64,000 nt of DNA. It comes from a virus. Below are positions 19,123 through 26,731 of this stretch, one piece after another. The notes beneath the pieces were generated by a model, which saw nothing but the letters and a program-made list of their open reading frames with translations, had not been told where the DNA came from and ran no database searches. Where the stretch lies: positions 32,001-96,000 of the IMG/VR virus record IMGVR_UViG_3300025131_011243; one strand, written 5' to 3'. Made by a program: the position numbers and the translations under genes. Every line of letters starts with the position of its first letter. The first letter of the stretch is position 1.

Positions 19123-19548
19123 TTATGCCATCTGCTGTTGCTGAGGTTGCTGAGGTTACTGTTGTTGCTGCTGCCCTTGTTGCTGTTCCTGCTGTATCTC
19201 TTGGATCTGCTGTTGTATGCCCTGTAGCCTTTGCTGTAATGTCTGCTGTAGTTGTTGCAATTTCTGTAAATCAACCTGCTGATCATGCGAACCCACGCCA
19301 GCAGTTTGCGGACCAGAAACTGGTTGCTGGGAAAAAGTACCAGTGTCCTAATCTACCACTTCTTCCATTTCCTGTTGAGGCTGTTGAGGCTGCTGAGGCT
19401 GTTGTTGAGTCTGAGGCTGAGTCTGCTTGTTCCACCACCCCGCCTGCTTACCTATCCGCCTCCACTCATTCTTGCTCATCTTAAACGTATAACCACCATC
19501 GTCTTTCAAGATGAGTTGGGAACCTGATTTGCTAGATAGTTTTTTCAT
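19123..19548 (-). pseudogene. Gln-rich protein interrupted by in-frame TAG (19348-19350) and TAA (19156-19158)
   Basis: Frame continues ...EEVVD*DTGTFSQQP...QQQQQ*PQQPQQQQMA*. Confidence 0.6.
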
Positions 19549-20095
19549 TATATTCTCCTACTGGACCTCGATGGGGTGCCTCTTCTTTGCGAAAATCCCA
19601 ACTACGATCTACATGTTTATTTTCAGCCAAACCACTTTCATATGGCTGATGTTCTTTGATTATGGAAATAAGGTAATCCGCATACCCCACTTCTTCATCA
19701 TGAGTAACTATGTCTTTCCTGGAATTGAATGGAATACCTCTTAGCTTGAGCCACCCTTCCATCAACTTAACAGCCCCAGGTTTCCCAGCTTGCAAAAACT
19801 GAGTATAAAGTTCTTCAAAATCTGTATCGCCTTCAATGATATCAGCCTCTTCCTCTTCCGTAGGGAATTTGTCATTCCATTGCCAAGATTGGGCTAATTT
19901 CCTTTCTGCTACGTTTCTCACCTCTTCCTCTTTGGCCGGAATTCCCCAACCTCCGCAAGGTATGCAAGACTTAAGATCAGGAAGAGGAGGAACCTCACTC
20001 TTTGGATAAAACATCAGTCTATCACATTCAGGACATCTGATATATTCAATCATGCCTTGATCCCGCTTGTATCCCGCTGTCCTGATTGTTCTCAT
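19532..20095 (-). CDS. Protein with MRTIRTAGYK leader and zinc ribbon
   Basis: CPEC...CIPC; internal KLAQ. Confidence 0.7.
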   Translation of the reverse strand: MRTIRTAGYKRDQGMIEYIRCPECDRLMFYPKSEVPPLPDLKSCIPCGGWGIPAKEEEVRNVAERKLAQSWQWNDKFPTEEEEADIIEGDTDFEELYTQFLQAGKPGAVKLMEGWLKLRGIPFNSRKDIVTHDEEVGYADYLISIIKEHQPYESGLAENKHVDRSWDFRKEEAPHRGPVGEYNEKTI

Positions 20096-20160
20096 CTATC
20101 TACTTTCCCCACAATTGGGTAGATTCCTTTGGGATTCCTATTTGATTTGGAAGAACCAGT

Positions 20161-20862
20161 TCATGCCGCTTGACCCATCTGGTTCAAAACATTACCTATG
20201 TAAGTCTCTATCCACCTGGCTACTTGTTCTTCATTATATTGACCTGACTCAAGATATTGTAAAGCATACTGCGACATTGTATTCGATACGTTCTGTCCCC
20301 AAGAAACCTTTTCCTTATCGTCAGCCCCCAACGAATGAGTCCTGTTTCCAAAAGAGATACCATTCGCACTTGCCCACTGCTGAACTGCCACCTGAATGTC
20401 GTTGACAGCTTCTTTGTTGCTAAAATGGATAACTACTCTGTCATTGTGACCCAAATAAGCAGTCGCCGTTGAAGGAACCTTGTAATCTAAATTAGATTGA
20501 TAAGATGAAGCTATTGGCTGTAGGTATTGAAATAAACCTCCTATGCCTCCAATGACTTTTTCAATGTCTTCATCACTTGGTGTGAAATATAGTTTGTAAT
20601 TGCCGGATTCTTGAGGCAAACCTTTTTGGACATCCCATTGAGCCCAAGCAGGATTGCTAACACTAGAACTATTTACCGCAGCTATGTATTGTTGCTTAAT
20701 TTCCGTAGACACATTGGCTGCCGCCTGTTGCCAACCAGGATGAGTCGTTATCGCTTTATACAAAAATCCAGACAACTGGGCCTGATCTTTACTTGACAGT
20801 ACAGAAACTAGACCAGAGTGGGATATCTGTATGACTTGATTAGCTTGTTTGAACCAGTTCAT
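20161..20862 (-). CDS. MNWFKQAN-leader protein
   Basis: ORF; YKLYFTP...YKVP...HNDRVVIHF. Confidence 0.7.
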   Translation of the reverse strand: MNWFKQANQVIQISHSGLVSVLSSKDQAQLSGFLYKAITTHPGWQQAAANVSTEIKQQYIAAVNSSSVSNPAWAQWDVQKGLPQESGNYKLYFTPSDEDIEKVIGGIGGLFQYLQPIASSYQSNLDYKVPSTATAYLGHNDRVVIHFSNKEAVNDIQVAVQQWASANGISFGNRTHSLGADDKEKVSWGQNVSNTMSQYALQYLESGQYNEEQVARWIETYIGNVLNQMGQAA

Positions 20863-20880
20863 ATGTATATTTCGGCAACA

Positions 20881-20914
20881 AAAGAAAAAGCCCTCCGGCG
20901 AACCGGAGGGCTTT
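20881..20914 (-). terminator. Rho-independent terminator overlapping an AGG-N17-CGAA motif
   Basis: AGCCCTCCGG-cgaa-CCGGAGGGCT hairpin with T-run. Confidence 0.8.
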
Positions 20915-20931
20915 GAAGGCTGCCTGCCGCT

Positions 20932-21834
20932 TCAGTCGTCTTCAGGGAAAACAAGTTCCGTTTCACCCTTAGTGGACGTAGACGGAGCCCTCTTCATCTC
21001 TCTTCCTTCAATCCATGCATTCCAACTACGAATACAGACAGCAGTCAACTCGCTCATAGAGACCTTAAGCAAACCTTTGCCAGGCGTGTCTCCGACCCTT
21101 GATGAATTCAAAAGATCTCTAAGACGGAACCTTGGATCGTTTGCATGCAACAGTTCGCCTTCTGCAACTGCTGTCCAAAATTCAACCGCTTTAGCTGAAG
21201 ACTCTACAAGAGTCTTGTACATCACCGCCAAAACGCTCATGCGTCTCAGATGTTTTTGCGACCACCCTATCTCGTAGCATTTGTTTACGGCATCAGCGTC
21301 AGCGGTTGAGAAGCATTCATCCAGCTTAACGCTTCTGGGTCTGTTGCTGTTCTTTTTGAAATCGTTACCAGCCAGTTCGACGGATGAAGACATGGTAGAG
21401 GCAAACTTTGCCCCCTTGCCTGCAAAAATGCCAATACTTGTATAAGGTTTGGCAATTTCCAAAGCACTTCTAGAAGATGCAGAATTATCAAAAGAGGCAA
21501 AGCATTTCGCAAGCTCTTCTTTACTGCTGACATCAACATACATAATTGGCATAGTCAATGTACATTTGCGATTACGCATTACTGTCAACGTATGCTGAGA
21601 ATTCATCAGGACATGAGAGTGACTGCTTTGGTCCTTGGCTATGTAAACAAACCCACCTACGCATCTGGCTATAGCCACTATATTGGTATGAAAATCTTTT
21701 GACTCCATAAGATCGTTTATGAAAACTAAACGTGCGTCCTTGCAAAAACGCTGGTCTTCGTAAATGTTCATTGTCAGGAAATGATCCACTTGTACCGGGT
21801 CAACTTCTACGACTTCAAGACTTGACATTTTCAT
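20932..21834 (-). CDS. Hypothetical protein with possible ParB/Srx-like N-terminus
   Basis: VLMNSQHTL resembles the lidGqHRl ParB motif; has its own sigma70-like promoter. Confidence 0.5.
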   Translation of the reverse strand: MKMSSLEVVEVDPVQVDHFLTMNIYEDQRFCKDARLVFINDLMESKDFHTNIVAIARCVGGFVYIAKDQSSHSHVLMNSQHTLTVMRNRKCTLTMPIMYVDVSSKEELAKCFASFDNSASSRSALEIAKPYTSIGIFAGKGAKFASTMSSSVELAGNDFKKNSNRPRSVKLDECFSTADADAVNKCYEIGWSQKHLRRMSVLAVMYKTLVESSAKAVEFWTAVAEGELLHANDPRFRLRDLLNSSRVGDTPGKGLLKVSMSELTAVCIRSWNAWIEGREMKRAPSTSTKGETELVFPEDD

Positions 21835-21878
21835 CTTCGGTCCCTTTCTAGGAGGCTTGGTTTCGTACTTCAGTCCAA

Positions 21879-21906
21879 ATTATCCCAGATTTTGCCAGAA
21901 TGTCAA
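21879..21906 (-). promoter_or_regulatory. sigma70-like promoter
   Basis: TTGACA-N16-GATAAT. Confidence 0.6.
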
Positions 21907-22034
21907 CCCCTAAACCCGCTATACGGGCTAAGTAAGGACAGATAAACGACGTAACCCCATGTAGTTTATGTAGTTACGCCGTTTATTTTCTTCTAGATGA
22001 GTCGGATTCTAGCGGACTTAGCAACGATGATGAG

Positions 22035-23669
22035 TCATTCGCCTACAAGAATGCGTAAGTTATTCGACAAATCCATCTTGAACTTGATTATTGTTTCTAT
22101 GGGATCAACAGAGCCTTCTAATTCATCACATACCCCATACATATACCCTACCTCAGCACTAGCCATGGCGTGGACCATAAAATCCAAAATACGCATCATC
22201 TTTTTGTCCCTTGATGCGTCCAGATAAACCGGATGCTCCGAGTTCCATATCACAACCAATTTTCTGTCAACCTTATCAGCTTCGTAAAGCTGCCCACCTC
22301 TGCCCATCTTGGCAGATTGATACTCTACTTCACCCAATTTTCCGCTTTGCCTATTAACCCCCAACCCTCTTGACCTTCCGGTGTTTTTGGGAACTACGGT
22401 TCCCTTGCCATCTCCCGTATCTCTTTTTTCTTTCGATTGCGGTAGCGTGGGCAAAGCTAACCCTTTGGATTTTTCCCTTATCCTTTCTGATGCCGCATCA
22501 TGAACCTCCTGAATGCCATCTGCGGTATTCTCAAGCCTTTCAGTAACACAGGCTTTGTATACTTTTGATGCAAATGGACGGAAGATTTCCTCAGACAATT
22601 TATCCTTAATGCTTTTAGATATCTTGTCTGGATCAATATTGGACTTATTGTTATTTGTACCTATACCAGAATCAAGTTCATGTGCCTTGAAGTAGATAGC
22701 CATCCTCATGCTATGGTGAGTGGTGTGCTTCTGATAGCAATCAAGCGTGGTCCCATGAGCTATTTCCCTGTTATTGCGATAAACATAGATGCCACAGGTT
22801 CTATTGTTGGTAGGAAGAACCTTGTCTCGCCTCACTTTATTAGGATCAATCTCATCTCGTTCTGGGAAAGACATACACCTGTAATGTATGGTGCCAGTCT
22901 TCTTTTCCCCGTCGTATTCAAACTCTACTTCAATATCTCCCTCTTCTGGTTCAACTCTAGGCGTTGCTATTTTCTTTAGTACCCAATCCTCCCATTCAAG
23001 AGGATCATACGCCTCCACTTCATCTCCATTGATTTGAATTTTAACTCCATCATAAATCTTTTTCCAGAATATACGTGCCATTCGTTTTTTTGCTATATCG
23101 GCTGTTTGAGTTGTGACAGATATGGGGAACTTATCCAAATCATCAACCACTACAATGGTCCCATGATCGCTTATGCAACTCTCTTCTATAATCTCCACAT
23201 CCTCCCAGTCGGTGGGGGGAGTCGATATAACCCATTGATCTAATTCCACGATTTTGTTTATGTCCAAAACAGCCTTATGCCATTCCCCTCCCTTTTCCAG
23301 CGTCAGTATGGATAGCTTTTTACCAATAGCAAAGGATGCTACTTTCAACCCCATGCCGAAACAACCTAAGTCAGATATCTTGTCTTTTTCCAGATTCGAA
23401 CCAAGACGAAGAGCTTCTTGCAAAGTGTCCTCATCCATACCGTACCCATCATCCGCAATGACAATTTGCGATTTTTTGTTTCTCTGCCTTATGAATATTC
23501 TTATGTTCTTACATTCGGCATCAATGCTGTTGTCTACTAGGTCCGCAAGCACTGTATACGGATTGTACCCAGCAGTCTCCCTTAATGCCAAAACAAGACG
23601 ACCTGCATTTGGGGTGTTGTCTTTAAGATATGCGACCTGGGATTCAGACACTAGTTCTTGTGCGTTCAT
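22035..23669 (-). CDS. GHKL (MORC/HSP90-like) ATPase
   Basis: LADLVDNSIDA, IADDGYGM, LGCFGMGLK, GTIVVV motifs. Confidence 0.85.
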   Translation of the reverse strand: MNAQELVSESQVAYLKDNTPNAGRLVLALRETAGYNPYTVLADLVDNSIDAECKNIRIFIRQRNKKSQIVIADDGYGMDEDTLQEALRLGSNLEKDKISDLGCFGMGLKVASFAIGKKLSILTLEKGGEWHKAVLDINKIVELDQWVISTPPTDWEDVEIIEESCISDHGTIVVVDDLDKFPISVTTQTADIAKKRMARIFWKKIYDGVKIQINGDEVEAYDPLEWEDWVLKKIATPRVEPEEGDIEVEFEYDGEKKTGTIHYRCMSFPERDEIDPNKVRRDKVLPTNNRTCGIYVYRNNREIAHGTTLDCYQKHTTHHSMRMAIYFKAHELDSGIGTNNNKSNIDPDKISKSIKDKLSEEIFRPFASKVYKACVTERLENTADGIQEVHDAASERIREKSKGLALPTLPQSKEKRDTGDGKGTVVPKNTGRSRGLGVNRQSGKLGEVEYQSAKMGRGGQLYEADKVDRKLVVIWNSEHPVYLDASRDKKMMRILDFMVHAMASAEVGYMYGVCDELEGSVDPIETIIKFKMDLSNNLRILVGE

Positions 23670-23857
23670 AATAGGTTCTCCTATTGTACGCCTTCAATGC
23701 TCGCCAGCACCAAAGACTGGTAAAGAAACTTTTGGTTCAAACCTCACATTGAGATCCAGACCAAGACGTAACTATAGCAAACTTTTAGACACAAAATCAG
23801 CAAAAGATAGATAGCCTACAAAATTGTTGGGGGAATTATGCTTTGTCGATAAAGATA

Positions 23858-23983
23858 ATAGGCCCGCCATCGGAGTGGCTGGGCCTATGAGCCGCCAAGG
23901 AGGGGCTTAAGTTCTTCGAGAAGAACCAGTCTAGTTTCGGGGCTTCGGAACTTTCGTCTGGGGTTCGAATCCCCACGGCTCCA
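23858..23983 (+). ncRNA. Structured RNA with tRNA-like T-arm and acceptor end
   Basis: TGGGG-TTCGAAT-CCCCA-CGGCTCCA 3' end pairing with GAGCCG (23889-23894); several further hairpins. Confidence 0.55.
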
Positions 23984-24045
23984 TTTTACTATCGACATTT
24001 CCGGACAACTTGTCAGGAAAGCAATACCTCAATTTTAGAAACAGC

Positions 24046-25035
24046 TTAATCCATCACAGCCTTAACAGCCTCTATATGCTCAGGCAAAAACCTTGGACGA
24101 CCCTTTTCGCTGGCACGATAGCAAGGAACAGCCCCAATCTTGACCAAATGAGCTAAACGCTGATAAGGAATACCTAACTCCTCAGCTACATCCTTCATTC
24201 GCTTTGCCTCAAATCGCCACTCAGGTAACTTGAACTTGTAACCGTAACACTTGATCGGAGACTCCCGACCAATGAAGTCAAAGAATACAGGTATCCCCCT
24301 AGCCTTGATGTAAACCCGATTATCATTGTTTCTATGACATTGTATTCCGACGCCCTGAAGCCTCTCTGCCAAGAACTCTACTCGATCAGGAGCAAACCCG
24401 TCTGTAGACAACCGAAGCGACACAGAGTCTCCTGATTGAACTACAGAGCCGTCACCGAGATACCAGAGCATAACAGACTTGGGAGTAATGCGAACATCAT
24501 CAGGCGGCTGCTTGATCCTTTTGCCGGAATTGTCGGCGGGATACCAACGTTGTTTCTGGATGTATAAATCAGGATGAAACTTAGTTTGTCCATGCCAAAT
24601 AATTCCTGATTTCATACTAGCATGCTTTCCATCCCAGAAACGAGACTGATAAGCATGAAAATATGACATCATATATTGGCAAAACTCCTCATGTTCAACT
24701 CCGCAGGTAATCCTAGCACTTTCTATAGACGACTTATTGTCATATTGAATATTGCCATCACCCAGTAGAAAACCATCTACCGCTTCCATCGTAGCCTCGC
24801 ACATATAGGATATGCCATAATGCAGAGGATTGGGATCTCTGTTCCTTTTTGCCTCTGAACAGCTTCTGCCGATTCCCAGACGCTTGGCGTACTTATGCAG
24901 GGTTCCTATAGATATGCTATGCCCCTGGTCCTTGAGCATTGCCGCTATTTTGGGATAAGACATGCGTTCTGCTACATAGTGTTTGAGGAAAAATGCTTCG
25001 GTTAACAGGTCGGTGTGGTGTGGTTGTTCTCTCAT
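24046..25035 (-). mobile_element. Free-standing LAGLIDADG homing endonuclease with HTH domains
   Basis: DGFLLGDG and LWYLGDGS motifs; C-terminal excisionase/MerR-like HTH. Confidence 0.85.
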
Positions 25036-25123
25036 AATAGTCCTATTCTAGCTAAAAACCAGGCACTTACTACTATAACTGTCGGCATATTCCATAACTT
25101 TCCTTTAACCTTTTTATGTAGGC

Positions 25124-25158
25124 AAAAAATAAGCCCCGCCGAAGCGGGGCCTATTTTA
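25124..25158. terminator. Terminator after the major capsid gene
   Basis: GCCCCGC-cgaa-GCGGGGC flanked by A/T runs. Confidence 0.8.
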
Positions 25159-25182
25159 GTTCTTAGATGTTACCTAAGTCTA

Positions 25183-26055
25183 TTAGGTAGCAGCAGTTAC
25201 TTCTATCTTTGAGACTGCGTAATCATTGACGATTACGATGCCTACTTCTTCGTAGATGACCCAGCCGAGACGTAACTTTTTCGGATCGTCAGCAGGGAGT
25301 ACGGTGATATCCTGACGGATCGGGAAAGCACCGACTGTTTCTGGCGAGGCGACGACGAGAACGACTGTCGAGGTCATACGAGACGATACGTGAATGTCAG
25401 CGGTCCACAAGTGACCATAAAGGCCGGTGGTGATGATTTCACGCTGAGTGGCTTCGTCAAAGAAGTCTTTGCCGAAGACACGGATCGTTGCATACTGGTT
25501 AGCATGGCAAACGATCTTAGCACTGACGAGGTCATGCTGTTCGATCAAACGGAAAGCCGTGTTGAGCGAAGCAACAGTCAAAGCGCCAACGTTGGTGACG
25601 ATCTGGTCGCCCTTGGTGTCGGCAGCGGCGATCAGTGCGTTGAAGATATTCGTATCTTCTTCCTTCTGAATTGCTTCTTTGGCCTTGATCTGAGCACGGT
25701 CAACGATGAAGAATCTACGTGCCTTGATTTCGGACAAACGAACGGTTGGGTTCGCAGCGATTTCGAAGGTTGGGACCAGAATTTCTTCGCCTTCCTGAAT
25801 CTGATCAGGAACGGCACCACGACGAGCTACGACGTGAGCGATAGCTGCAACGTCACGCTCGTAACGAGCGAGAGCACCCTGTGGCAGTTCGTCAACCATG
25901 AGAAGCTTACGACCGACCGCTTGGTACTCAAGAGCACGACGGATAGGCTCTACCATAGCCTGGGCAAGAGCGGTACGACCTTCGTCGGTCTCTAGTGCCT
26001 GGGCGATGACCATTTCCTTCTGCTCATCAGACAGATTGTTTTTCAGAAAACTCAT
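25183..26055 (-). CDS. Major capsid protein (HK97-fold, jumbo-phage type)
   Basis: EPIRRALEYQAVGRKLLMVDELPQG, EIAANP, KEED, GWVIYEEVG; biased codon use; position after scaffold and cement. Confidence 0.8.
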   Translation of the reverse strand: MSFLKNNLSDEQKEMVIAQALETDEGRTALAQAMVEPIRRALEYQAVGRKLLMVDELPQGALARYERDVAAIAHVVARRGAVPDQIQEGEEILVPTFEIAANPTVRLSEIKARRFFIVDRAQIKAKEAIQKEEDTNIFNALIAAADTKGDQIVTNVGALTVASLNTAFRLIEQHDLVSAKIVCHANQYATIRVFGKDFFDEATQREIITTGLYGHLWTADIHVSSRMTSTVVLVVASPETVGAFPIRQDITVLPADDPKKLRLGWVIYEEVGIVIVNDYAVSKIEVTAAT

Positions 26056-26140
26056 TTGTTTTCTCCCTTTCTTTTTAGCAAGTATTCGCCCTATGCAAAC
26101 CTTGCAAACTAGTTTTTGCCTAGTCCTATGTCAGTGTTGC

Positions 26141-26713
26141 TTACTGCAAGCTGAGCATGAACTGGAGGTAGTTACCGAGTGACAAGCTGCCATCGGTCGT
26201 ATCGGTTCCGGGAACGCCGGATGGATACGCACGTGGACCAACAGTCACAACGCCGACGATCTGGCTGTTCGCCGAAGCGACGTCAGTCAGGTTACCGTTG
26301 CCGGATACGTAGAGCGGTTCACCGGGTTGATAAACAATCGGTGTTGCGCCATTGAGGGTCTCGTACTGGTCGGTTTCGAAGAGACCGCCTGCGATGTAGA
26401 TAGTGATCTTGCCGGAAGCGGCAGTTTCATTAAATGCATCGGAGACACGGTTTTGTGTCGAGCGGGTTCGAGCCGTTGGGCTAGGACCGTGAGCGCCAAT
26501 GACCAAGTCGGCGGCATAAGCCGTACCGGCAGCGGTCGTTGAACTGGTATCGCCGACAGGACCGATTGCTCGGGTTCCTGTAGCGCCAGCAGCTACTTGG
26601 GCCTGTCCGAGACTGTCAAGCTGAGCCCAGTCACCCTCAGTAAAGTTGGGGTTCGTGGACGGATCAACGGGTACGCTGATCGGGATCACATGATGCAGTT
26701 CGATAAGAGCCAT
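26141..26713 (-). CDS. Capsid cement/decoration protein
   Basis: ASGKITIY..GG.FETDQY, YQPGEPLYVSGNGNLT; lies between scaffold and MCP. Confidence 0.65.
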   Translation of the reverse strand: MALIELHHVIPISVPVDPSTNPNFTEGDWAQLDSLGQAQVAAGATGTRAIGPVGDTSSTTAAGTAYAADLVIGAHGPSPTARTRSTQNRVSDAFNETAASGKITIYIAGGLFETDQYETLNGATPIVYQPGEPLYVSGNGNLTDVASANSQIVGVVTVGPRAYPSGVPGTDTTDGSLSLGNYLQFMLSLQ

Positions 26714-26731
26714 AATTCTCTTTCCTTCGTT

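Noticed and set aside
19053-19484. ORFs 19053..19286(-) and 19101..19484(+)
   Set aside because: These are alternative-frame readings of the CAG/CAA-rich low-complexity tract.
8555-20862. CRISPR array or integron attC repeats to explain the recurring ATGAACTGGT sequence
   Set aside because: The repeat is only about 14 nt, coding, synonymously variable and irregularly spaced, with no palindromic attC structure or cas/integrase gene.
23858-23983. Canonical tRNA or tmRNA
   Set aside because: No 7-nt anticodon loop or clear D-arm; no tmRNA 5' end or tag ORF found nearby.
24046-25035. Group I intron around the LAGLIDADG gene
   Set aside because: The MCP ends normally with a terminator, no split exon is seen downstream, and the HEG has its own promoter-like motif.
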